A stretch of 64,000 nucleotides of DNA from Candidatus Omnitrophota bacterium. Its GTDB lineage: Bacteria; Omnitrophota; Gorgyraeia; Tantalellales; Tantalellaceae. Position 1 is the stretch's first letter, and each line of letters starts with the position of its first letter. Shown here one piece after another: positions 56,060 to 64,000 of the stretch. The stretch covers positions 22,479 to 86,478 of the forward strand of contig WJMH01000015.1 in assembly GCA_014728045.1 (NCBI GenBank), in the 5' to 3' direction. Below the pieces are notes generated by a model that was not told where the DNA came from, did not search any database, and saw nothing but the letters and a program-made list of their open reading frames with translations. The position numbers were made by a program, and so were the translations under genes.

Positions 56060-56692
56060 CTACTTGAATATTTCCCCGGTCTCCTCTGACCAGAACAATA
56101 GATCAAGTTCTTCCATTGGTATATCTATTTTTTGGGAGAACTTCCTCATCTTCTCCTCGATCCGGAGGTATCTGGCCCTTGATAGATTGGATGGGGCTTC
56201 TTCAACAACCCCGTACCTGATGAGGTTCCTGATTATGTGCACGTCCAGTATCGCAAGCCCCCTGCCGAATCCTATGTTCCTCAGGAAATGGCTCGCTTCC
56301 TTATATCCGAGACCCTTCACGTTCATCACGAGCCAGTCACGGGTCTTGAGTATATCGCCCGGGTCTATTTTATCCTTGATCCTGATAGAACCGTCGGTGG
56401 TGAAGAGCTTTCTAGCTCCGACTATGTACCTGGCCTTGTTATTCGGAAAGCGCACCGCCTCAAGGCCTTTTCTTATCTGTCGGACGGTGCCGGTAAAAAG
56501 GGTACCGCTCCTCTCAAGGCGCGAGACCGCCTTATCGCAGTATACCGCCCGTGACTGCGGGGTGCATATACAGAAACACAGCTCACTGAAGATCTTCTTT
56601 TCAGTTCCGTTCCATGTTTTCTTGAATTGCCTGAGCCGCCTTTTTATAAGGTCCTTTTTTCGCGCGTGGCCGGCGATGAGTTCTTTCATCAT
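56060..56692 (-). CDS. N-glycosylase/DNA lyase, Ogg2-type 8-oxoguanine DNA glycosylase
   Basis: 210 aa. HhH-GPD region VKGLGYKEASHFLRNIGF...DVH, with a length and pattern like archaeal-type Ogg. Confidence 0.65.
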   Translation of the reverse strand: MMKELIAGHARKKDLIKRRLRQFKKTWNGTEKKIFSELCFCICTPQSRAVYCDKAVSRLERSGTLFTGTVRQIRKGLEAVRFPNNKARYIVGARKLFTTDGSIRIKDKIDPGDILKTRDWLVMNVKGLGYKEASHFLRNIGFGRGLAILDVHIIRNLIRYGVVEEAPSNLSRARYLRIEEKMRKFSQKIDIPMEELDLLFWSEETGEIFK

Positions 56693-56877
56693 GAGACCAG
56701 TTCTATGAGTTTTTTGGCGATCTGGATGTGGCGTTTCTCGTCATCCCTTATTTCGGAAAGGGTCTGTTTAATCTTTTCATCGTCCACCTGTTCTATGTAA
56801 TGGTCATAAAAACTCTTGGCCCTTTCTTCATAGCCCAGGATCTCCTCGAATTCCTTGCGCAGGTGATCAGTATTCAT
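56689..56877 (-). CDS. small helical protein with ferritin-like E..H signature (distal half)
   Basis: 62 aa from ATG 56877 (MNTDHLRKEFEEILGYEERAKSFYDHYIEQVDDEKIKQTLSEIRDDEKRHIQIAKKLIELVS). Overlaps the preceding small ORF by 11 nt in another frame. Could be the C-terminal half of a frameshifted ~140-aa ferritin-like gene. Confidence 0.3.
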   Translation of the reverse strand: MNTDHLRKEFEEILGYEERAKSFYDHYIEQVDDEKIKQTLSEIRDDEKRHIQIAKKLIELVS

Positions 56878-57109
56878 CACGCGAATCCTTTTCAATTTTG
56901 AGTAACAGCTCCTCGACCATTTCCCTGTGGCGGGAAGAGTCACGATGAAGTTGAGAGATAAGGCTATCTATCTTTCTGCGTTTCTCATCTTCGATGCCTT
57001 CGGTCTCACCGACGAGCACCTTGGTGAAATTAGTGAAGACCGTCACCATCCCTTCCTCTACGTAAATAAGCTCATGTAAGCCCGCAAGAAGCCTCTGTTT
57101 TGATATCAT
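56867..57109 (-). CDS. small helical protein with ferritin-like E..H signature (proximal half)
   Basis: 80 aa (..LHRDSSRHREMVEELL..). See the partner ORF 56689-56877. Confidence 0.3.
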   Translation of the reverse strand: MISKQRLLAGLHELIYVEEGMVTVFTNFTKVLVGETEGIEDEKRRKIDSLISQLHRDSSRHREMVEELLLKIEKDSRDEY

Positions 57110-57156
57110 ATCATACCGCTTTCCTTTGGTCGGGAAGAAGGGAAAGAACGCTGCAT

Positions 57157-57390
57157 TTAAAGATCAAGTGCCTCGTCTATTTTTTCCTTATCGAACCCGA
57201 CAATGATCTGTCCTTCTATATCCACAACGGGCACTCCCATCTGTTTGGATTTATCGACCATTTTCTGGACCTTGTCCTGATCCTGGGAAACATCGATATT
57301 ATCGAAATCCACGCCGTTATCCTTAAGATGTTCCTTGAGTTTTTTGCAGTACGGACATGTCGAAGTGGTGTAAATGGTCACATTTTTCAT
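57157..57390 (-). CDS. glutaredoxin-like protein (CPYC)
   Basis: 77 aa from ATG 57390 (MKNVTIYTTSTCPYCKKLKEHL..), which makes an ATGA overlap with the stop of the upstream ferritin-like gene. Thioredoxin fold with a CPYC active site. Confidence 0.75.
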   Translation of the reverse strand: MKNVTIYTTSTCPYCKKLKEHLKDNGVDFDNIDVSQDQDKVQKMVDKSKQMGVPVVDIEGQIIVGFDKEKIDEALDL

Positions 57391-57869
57391 TCGCTGCATC
57401 CCTTCTTCAATCCGAGCAGCCTCCGCAAATGTTCCTTCTCCTGCTCTATCAGTTCATCCACGAGATGCTTGTCATCATCAGGCACCAGCTCGCGCATCTC
57501 CTGGTAGAGAAGGATGGAATCCTTCTCGAAACCTATGCCCATTTCTATACCCTGGCGGCAGTCCTCAACTTTTTTCGCCATTTCGGATCCAGAACCCTTT
57601 TGGGTAAAAACATACTGCCCGGCCAGTGAGTTCATGTAGGAGAAATATTCATCCGGATAAGCCCCCTTGGGCTGGCGGTCACAGGAGGTGTCATGTATCT
57701 TCCTGAAAACCTCTATGTGTTCTTCTTCCTGATGCGCCAGGTCCCTCATAACCTGCTTTACCTCGTCCGTATCGGCCTTCTCCAGCAAGTTAAGATAGAA
57801 CTCCCTGCCGTTCTTCTCGATCTCTATGCCCATTTCGGCTATCTCGCAGCCTGTGAACTGCTTTGCCAT
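57387..57869 (-). CDS. rubrerythrin-like ferritin-like diiron protein (no rubredoxin domain)
   Basis: 160 aa. Paired E..ExxH motifs (EEEHIE, EKEHLR). RBS GAGGAGG. Confidence 0.6.
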   Translation of the reverse strand: MAKQFTGCEIAEMGIEIEKNGREFYLNLLEKADTDEVKQVMRDLAHQEEEHIEVFRKIHDTSCDRQPKGAYPDEYFSYMNSLAGQYVFTQKGSGSEMAKKVEDCRQGIEMGIGFEKDSILLYQEMRELVPDDDKHLVDELIEQEKEHLRRLLGLKKGCSE

Positions 57870-57894
57870 GGCTAAACCTCCTCAAGGTTGGTGT

Positions 57895-58473
57895 TCAATA
57901 ATTCTCGGCCAGCACCTCGTAATAAGCCTGCGGGTGGCGGCACGCCGGGCAGACCTGTGGCGGTTCTTCCCCTTCGTGCACGTAGCCGCAGTTACGGCAG
58001 TGCCACTTAACGGTTGAAGACCTCTTGAATACCGTGCCTTTTTCCAGGCTTTCGAGGAGTTTCCTGTATCTGGCCTCGTGCTCTTTCTCCACCTTGCCTA
58101 TTTCGTCGAACTGCTCGGCTATTTCTTCGAACCCTTCAGACCTGGCCACTCCCGCGAAATCCTTGTACAGGCTGGTCCACTCCAGCTGTTCGCCGTCCGC
58201 TGCAGCCTCGAGGTTCTCGGCCGTATTGCCGATGACACCCGCGGGGTAAGCAGCAGTTATCTCCAGATCCCCTCCTTCAAGATATTTGAAGAACCTTTTG
58301 GCGTGCTCTTTCTCGTTCTCGGCGGTTTCCAGGAATATCGCGGCTATCTGCTCATAACCGGCCTTTTTCGCCACACTGGCGAAATACGTGTATCTATTCC
58401 TTGCCTGCGACTCGCCAGCGAAGGCGGCAAGAAGGTTTTTCTCGGTCTGTGTGCCTTTCACGCTCTTTTCCAT
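57895..58473 (-). CDS. rbr: rubrerythrin
   Basis: 192 aa. N-terminal diiron four-helix domain (ExxH x2) plus a C-terminal rubredoxin-like CxxC...CxxC (WHCRNCGY...CPACRHP). Confidence 0.85.
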   Translation of the reverse strand: MEKSVKGTQTEKNLLAAFAGESQARNRYTYFASVAKKAGYEQIAAIFLETAENEKEHAKRFFKYLEGGDLEITAAYPAGVIGNTAENLEAAADGEQLEWTSLYKDFAGVARSEGFEEIAEQFDEIGKVEKEHEARYRKLLESLEKGTVFKRSSTVKWHCRNCGYVHEGEEPPQVCPACRHPQAYYEVLAENY

Positions 58474-58494
58474 GTTTTCTCCTTTCGTCCTCTT

Positions 58495-58914
58495 CTAAGC
58501 CTTCCACAACATATGCACGTTGCAGAACTCCCTTACTTCAACTATATCACCCTTTGAAACGCAGCAGAAATGTGCCTGTGGGTTGTCGCCGGGCTTAAGC
58601 TCATATCTCATGACCTTGTCTTGCGTCAAGACCTCGATGAACTTGATATAATGGTCCTCTTCCATGGGGTGCGGCTCGCTGCCGATTTTGACCTCTATAC
58701 AGACAGACCCTTCCCCGCAGGAGGCGCAGGATACGTCCTCCTTACCGGTCTCACTGACCACGGGAACGTGTTTTTCCTGCCCTTTATCCTCTGTCTTGGC
58801 CTCAAGCTTGACCATAGGCTTCTCGCAGCAGACAAGTGACGGTGCCCCCTCTTTGGCTATCTCGACGACATGCCCGCATACCTCACAATAATATAAGTCC
58901 CGTAACCCTGTCAT
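58495..58914 (-). CDS. dfx: desulfoferrodoxin (2Fe superoxide reductase)
   Basis: 139 aa. N-terminal desulforedoxin-like CEVCGHVVE..LVCCEKPM, then a KHVPV..H..H..C..H SOR centre II. RBS AAAGGAGG. Confidence 0.85.
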   Translation of the reverse strand: MTGLRDLYYCEVCGHVVEIAKEGAPSLVCCEKPMVKLEAKTEDKGQEKHVPVVSETGKEDVSCASCGEGSVCIEVKIGSEPHPMEEDHYIKFIEVLTQDKVMRYELKPGDNPQAHFCCVSKGDIVEVREFCNVHMLWKA

Positions 58915-58991
58915 AGCGACCTCCTTTGCCCTGCGGGGACCTGCGGCCCGGCAGGCTAAATGCGTCTATTCTTCTTAATTGATTGGGGTAA

Positions 58992-59129
58992 TTAGACCGG
59001 TTCGAACTGGTCTTTTCCGACACCGCATTCGGGACATACCCAGTCATCGGGAAGATCGTCAAAAGCAACATTATCGTTCTCCGCCGGATCATAGATATAT
59101 CCGCAAACAGTACATCTGTATTTCTGCAT
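58992..59129 (-). CDS. rd: rubredoxin (45 aa; below the ORF-track length threshold)
   Basis: Hand translation of the minus strand: [45 protein letters not shown] with the two CxxCG knuckles. ATG 59129 is preceded by AGGAG with 7-nt spacing (an alternative start is MAMQ.. at 59135). Confidence 0.8.
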   Translation of the reverse strand: MQKYRCTVCGYIYDPAENDNVAFDDLPDDWVCPECGVGKDQFEPV

Positions 59130-59217
59130 GGCCATGCTCCTTTCTGATAATTGGATCAACTCGCTATCAGTTCACTCTATTTTATGTCAGTTGGGATTAT
59201 CTTTCTACTGTTATTTA

Positions 59218-59240
59218 ACAAATAATATTGATAATTCCCG
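59218..59240 (-). promoter_or_regulatory. Fur/PerR-like AT-rich box upstream of the rubredoxin-dfx-rbr operon
   Basis: AACAAATAATATTGATAATTCCC resembles GATAATGATAATCATTATC-type Fur/PerR operators. It lies about 90-110 nt upstream of the rubredoxin ATG. Confidence 0.3.
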
Positions 59241-59266
59241 TTCTTGAGACACTCCTAATTCGAACC

Positions 59267-59301
59267 AGCCCCGCACCGGCAACATACCCCGATGCGGGGC
59301 T
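59267..59301. other. stable GC-rich hairpin in the 410-bp intergenic region
   Basis: AGCCCCGCA (17-nt loop) TGCGGGGCT, a 9-bp perfect stem. It is followed on the plus strand by TATTCTCTT, and on the minus strand lies between a small Cys-rich ORF and the Fur-like box. Confidence 0.4.
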
Positions 59302-59333
59302 ATTCTCTTATCGCGTCCAAAGGCAGTTTAACG

Positions 59334-59411
59334 TCATGCCCGGGACCTGGTACAGCATCCCTCTTTGCAATGCGTCACCGGACGCAACATAAATTTCAAG
59401 GTTACATTCAT
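59334..59411 (-). CDS. putative 25-aa Cys-rich small ORF (possible leader peptide)
   Basis: AAAAAAGGAGGAGCTT-ATG; peptide MNVTLKFMLRPVTHCKEGCCTRSRA*. Strong SD with ideal spacing, followed 33 nt later by the hairpin. No homology assessable. Confidence 0.25.
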   Translation of the reverse strand: MNVTLKFMLRPVTHCKEGCCTRSRA

Positions 59412-59553
59412 AAGCTCCTCCTTTTTTAAGCCATTATTCACTCCACACTTTAATGATACCATGATAGTATCATTTGTCAAGGGTGATAATGTACCTTTTT
59501 TATACCCGGATACCTAACTTCCGCGAAAAGGAATAACCGCGGGAAAAAACTTT

Positions 59554-60099
59554 TTACAAAAGGTCTTTTATACGAGATTCGAAAAATTCCCTGTCTCTAT
59601 ACCCTACGACCTTTTCGACGATCCTGCCTTGTCGATCGATTATGAAAGTGGTCGGTATCCCCCTTATCCCGCCGTATGCGCTGACCGTGGCCTGATCGCC
59701 CATAACAAGGGGATAACTTACGTCGGCTTCACGGGCGAACTCCCTGACAGGTGCCGCCCCTGCCCTGTCCAGGCTCACGCCCACTATCACAAGGCCCTCT
59801 GACTTGTAGCGCCTGTAAAGTGCCTCGAAATGAGGGACTTCCATCCTGCAGGGCGGGCACCATGTCGCCCAGAAATCCAGTATGACCACCTTCCCCTCTG
59901 TGTTCGACAGGCTGAAGTCATTGCCACTTATATCTTTAAGTGTAAAGTCCGGGGCCGTCTGACCGTCACTGACCGCGGATGAACTCTGACAGGAGAGAAC
60001 GCCCCCGGCCAGCAGTATAAGCATTACCAAAGGCAGGATCACAAATCTATTTTTCACCGCTTCCTCCTCCATTTTATTTAGCAAAACCGTAAAATTCAT
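59554..60099 (-). CDS. TlpA/ResA-family thiol-disulfide oxidoreductase lipoprotein
   Basis: 181 aa. Thioredoxin fold WATWCPPC and lipobox VLSC. Start uncertain: ATG 60099 overlaps ccdA by 26 nt; the alternative is ATG 60072. Confidence 0.75.
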   Translation of the reverse strand: MNFTVLLNKMEEEAVKNRFVILPLVMLILLAGGVLSCQSSSAVSDGQTAPDFTLKDISGNDFSLSNTEGKVVILDFWATWCPPCRMEVPHFEALYRRYKSEGLVIVGVSLDRAGAAPVREFAREADVSYPLVMGDQATVSAYGGIRGIPTTFIIDRQGRIVEKVVGYRDREFFESRIKDLL

Positions 60100-60802
60100 C
60101 GGGTATGTACCTGGTAAGAACGCCGAGACTGTCGAAAAATATCAGGATCCCCACTATTATCAGAAAGAGACCCGCTATAACTTCTCCGGTGCGTATGAAC
60201 CTTTTATAACGCTCAAAGAACTTCATGAAAACCCCCACGGCGAAGCCCGTAAGAATGAAAGGTATCCCCAAACCCATGGAATAAACCAGTAAAAGCAGAA
60301 CGCCTCTTACCACTGTCTCCTGGGTTGCGGCAATAGCGAGTATGCCGGCGAGTATCGGACCCACGCACGGGGTCCAACCGAACCCGAAAGCCATTCCGAT
60401 AAAAAAAGCCGATGCCGGGGACGGGGCCGCGGGACTGATATCGAATTTTTTCTGGTAATTCAGCCAGCTGAGATTGAATAGACCCACCAGATGAAGACCA
60501 AGCAGAACGATAACCACCCCGGCTATCTTGGTGATCAGGCCCTGGTATTCCGAAAGCAACCTTCCGATAAAGGTCGCTGAAGCACCAAGGGCCGTAAAAA
60601 CCACTGAAAAACCGAGAACGAAGAATATCGATACTATACCGGCTTTTACAAGAACCTTTTTTTCGGGAGCTCCCCTCTTCAATTCCTCCAGGGAGGTTCC
60701 GGAAAGGAACGAGATATAACCGGGGACCAGCGGAAGCACGCAGGGAGAAAGGAATGAAAGCACCCCTGCCAGAAAAGCTATCCCGAATGAAACATTCTCC
60801 AT
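60074..60802 (-). CDS. ccdA: cytochrome c-type biogenesis protein CcdA (DsbD-family thiol-disulfide transporter)
   Basis: 242 aa, 6-8 TM. Conserved Cys in TM1 (LSPCVLPLVPGYISF) and a second TM Cys (GWTPCVGP). Confidence 0.8.
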   Translation of the reverse strand: MENVSFGIAFLAGVLSFLSPCVLPLVPGYISFLSGTSLEELKRGAPEKKVLVKAGIVSIFFVLGFSVVFTALGASATFIGRLLSEYQGLITKIAGVVIVLLGLHLVGLFNLSWLNYQKKFDISPAAPSPASAFFIGMAFGFGWTPCVGPILAGILAIAATQETVVRGVLLLLVYSMGLGIPFILTGFAVGVFMKFFERYKRFIRTGEVIAGLFLIIVGILIFFDSLGVLTRYIPDEFYGFAK

Positions 60803-60924
60803 ATCAAGGCCTCTACCTTCTGTTACGGCTCGCTGTCATACACTATGATACCATGCCGAAAGTGATATGCAAAAAAAATCGCCCGGAACCTCCCGGTCCC
60901 GGGCGATCCTCTCGCAAAAGGTTA

Positions 60925-62343
<1,419 letters not shown>

Positions 62344-62392
62344 CTAAAAGACCGGGAAATGTATGTTTTGGGATGCCTTTTCAGGCATAAAC

Positions 62393-62440
62393 AGCATAAA
62401 AAAAAGGCGTTCTTCCTCTAAGGAAAGAACGCCTTTGTTC
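62393..62440 (-). terminator. rho-independent terminator downstream of the response-regulator gene
   Basis: GGCGTTCTTCCT..AGGAAAGAACGCC hairpin, about 11 bp with one bulge. It is flanked by an A9 run upstream and TTTGTTCCTTT downstream on the plus strand, so U-runs follow on both transcripts. Confidence 0.65.
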
Positions 62441-62523
62441 CTTTAGTCAGTTATTATCTACGAATAGGACCTGTGAGTCAAGTAAAAAGCGTACTTTTTG
62501 GGTGATCTTGAAGCGATCGACCC

Positions 62524-62904
62524 CTATTCCGGCTTTTTACGGCGCATTGCCTCTATCTTCGGGAAAAGAAAGTCCTTCAAAAACTCTATACGGAAGGGTT
62601 TGGGTATAAAACCGTCCGCGCCGAGGGATTTGGCTTTTTTAATGTTCTCCTCGGAGTCATATCCGCTGAATATCAGAACGGGGATCTCCGGGTGCTCCTT
62701 CTTGATCCTCTCAAGGAGAGGGAAACTGGTATCTTCTCTCAGATTGATATCCAAGAGGACCAGGTCATATGCTTCGGGGTCGTACATATCCATTGCCGTG
62801 GGCAGGTCATAAGCTACATCGACCTCAAAACCCTTTTTTTCGAAGAACCTGGCGATAACATCAGCCACCATTTTTTCATCTTCGACCAGAAAAATCTTCT
62901 TCAT
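62524..62904 (-). CDS. single-domain CheY-like response regulator receiver
   Basis: 126 aa from ATG 62904 (MKKIFLVEDE.., preceded by AAGGAGG). Receiver Asp pocket (EDE, D in LLDINL, K in PKPF). No output domain. Confidence 0.75.
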   Translation of the reverse strand: MKKIFLVEDEKMVADVIARFFEKKGFEVDVAYDLPTAMDMYDPEAYDLVLLDINLREDTSFPLLERIKKEHPEIPVLIFSGYDSEENIKKAKSLGADGFIPKPFRIEFLKDFLFPKIEAMRRKKPE

Positions 62905-62979
62905 GCCCAAGACCTCCTTGATCCCGCCATTTTTAAGTGAAGCGCTCCTATGAATCAATTACCCAACCGGACGCCTTAA

Positions 62980-63402
62980 CTATTTGATGCTCTCTTCGGA
63001 AAGATACCTGAGAAGCTCTTTAGTGGTCCGGGGCCCCACAATGCCGTCCACCTTGAGGCCGTGATCCTCCTGGAACTGTTTTATAGCTTTAAGCGACAGC
63101 CTTCCTATTTTGCCGTCAATAGCTCCGTAATAATAACCCGCGTTCTTAAGGGCTGTCTGTATTTCCTTCTTTGACAGGGTGACCTTGGTCTTGCCTGCCT
63201 TAGCCGGAGACTTGCGTTTGGGCTCGATATTGGTACGGTACTCGGGCTCCTCATCGGTGGCCAGCCTGTCCTCAAGAGCTTCCTGCTTCTCTTCGACGGA
63301 AGTAACGCGCTCATCCAGTTTGTCTATCTTTTTCGACTGAAAGACCGCACAACCTGAAAGCGGAAAGGTCAGTAGAAGGAGTAAAGCTATCGCTTTTTTC
63401 AT
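62980..63402 (-). CDS. peptidoglycan-binding-domain lipoprotein
   Basis: 140 aa from ATG 63402 (preceded by GGGAGG). Lipobox LSGC, a coiled central region, and a C-terminal PG_binding_1-like domain (GYYYGAIDGKIG..AIKQFQEDHGLKVDGIVGPRT). Confidence 0.65.
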   Translation of the reverse strand: MKKAIALLLLLTFPLSGCAVFQSKKIDKLDERVTSVEEKQEALEDRLATDEEPEYRTNIEPKRKSPAKAGKTKVTLSKKEIQTALKNAGYYYGAIDGKIGRLSLKAIKQFQEDHGLKVDGIVGPRTTKELLRYLSEESIK

Positions 63403-63510
63403 CTTGCCTCCCGGGATTATCGCTTTGCACAAAAAAAACGGACCGTTCTCAACTATATTACTTCATCAAGACCAATAAATCAAATCATTAATACCAAAAA
63501 CGGGCGGGGT

Positions 63511-64000
63511 TTAGCGCCGGCTCTTGGCGGCGGCCTTAACGAAATCCCTGAAAAGGGGGTGAGATCTGTCAGGTTTGGACTGGAACTCGGGATGGAACTG
63601 GCAGGCCACGTACCAGGGGTGGTCCTTGATCTCGATGATCTCGACCAGGCGCTGGTCGGGATGGATGCCCGAACATACAAGACCCTTCTTATTCATCCGC
63701 TTCTTGTATTCGTTGTTGAACTCGTACCTGTGCCTGTGCCTTTCGGAGACGGAAGATCTTTTATAGGCCTTGAAGGCGCTGGTGCCTTTGACCAGGCTGC
63801 ACTTATACGCGCCCAGGCGCATGGTCCCGCCTTTTGCCTTCACTTTTTTCTGCTCCTCGAGCAGACTGATGACAGGATACTTGGTCTTGCTGTTGAATTC
63901 GGTGGAATTGGCGCCTTTCATGCCGCATACGTTCCGGGCGAACTCTATGACCGCCGTCTGCATTCCCAGGCAGATGCCGAAAAAAGGAACGCCGTTCTCC
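63511..64000 (-). CDS. pyrG: CTP synthase, C-terminal glutamine amidotransferase domain; gene continues past window end
   Basis: [31 protein letters not shown] matches the PyrG GATase domain. Upstream translation continues (..FFGICLGMQ) to the window edge. Confidence 0.85.
   Translation of the reverse strand, partial: ENGVPFFGICLGMQTAVIEFARNVCGMKGANSTEFNSKTKYPVISLLEEQKKVKAKGGTMRLGAYKCSLVKGTSAFKAYKRSSVSERHRHRYEFNNEYKKRMNKKGLVCSGIHPDQRLVEIIEIKDHPWYVACQFHPEFQSKPDRSHPLFRDFVKAAAKSRR

Noticed and set aside
58915-58991. Short inverted repeat CCGCAGG-tcc-CCTGCGG between rubredoxin and dfx as an intra-operon terminator or attenuator
   Set aside because: Only a 7-bp stem with no following U-tract. 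It sits directly on the dfx SD, so at most a minor translational modulator, with insufficient evidence to call.

Overview
This is a 64-kb bacterial chromosomal window, roughly 55-60% GC, with compact genes, frequent 4-nt ATGA start/stop overlaps, AGGAGG-type ribosome-binding sites, and most genes on the minus strand. The anaerobe-type oxidative-stress genes (rubredoxin, desulfoferrodoxin, rubrerythrin) together with the giant genes suggest an uncultivated anaerobic lineage; I cannot assign a taxon from sequence alone.

Layout:
- 1-11 kb: housekeeping genes (partial folE, mnmE, folC, purH, mgtE, era, a NUDIX hydrolase, a UvrD-like helicase).
- 11.4-17.4 kb: a carbohydrate module (glycogen phosphorylase, a GH130 phosphorylase, two GT-B glycosyltransferases including a sucrose-phosphate-synthase-like GT4).
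- 17.7-28.3 kb: a lysine-rich histone-H1-like protein, a membrane PP2C phosphatase, an EamA transporter, a HemN-like radical SAM, tandem methyltransferase paralogs (one frameshifted into a pseudogene), and ispA-like / ispH / pabA / pabB.
- 28.3-48.6 kb: the most unusual feature. Three giant same-strand genes (about 1861, 3472 and 1302 aa), each behind its own AT-rich upstream island. The two outer genes are paralogous polytopic membrane proteins with shared N- and C-terminal domains, and one carries a low-molecular-weight tyrosine-phosphatase-like CX5R..DP module. The central 3472-aa protein is secreted or anchored, acidic and helical, has an embedded cNMP-binding-like segment, and shares an NxLLGFNT..IFHEM..GHE module with the first membrane giant. 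I propose an undescribed envelope-spanning signalling or structural system; function unknown.
- 48.7-52.8 kb: a lipid / envelope-modification-like cluster (B12-type radical SAM, PAP2 phosphatase, LOG/TIGR00725-like, alpha/beta hydrolase, GT2), then fba.
- 54-60.8 kb: a long minus-strand oxidative-stress and redox run (Rrf2 regulator, cupin, Ogg-type glycosylase, two tiny ferritin-like ORFs, glutaredoxin-like, rubrerythrin-like, rubrerythrin, desulfoferrodoxin, a sub-threshold rubredoxin gene I found by hand, then TlpA and CcdA). A structured 410-bp intergenic region in this run has a Fur/PerR-like box, a hairpin and a small Cys-rich ORF.
- 60.9-64 kb: gdhA, a CheY-like receiver, a peptidoglycan-binding lipoprotein and partial pyrG.

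No rRNA, tRNA, CRISPR array, transposase or integrase was recognised.
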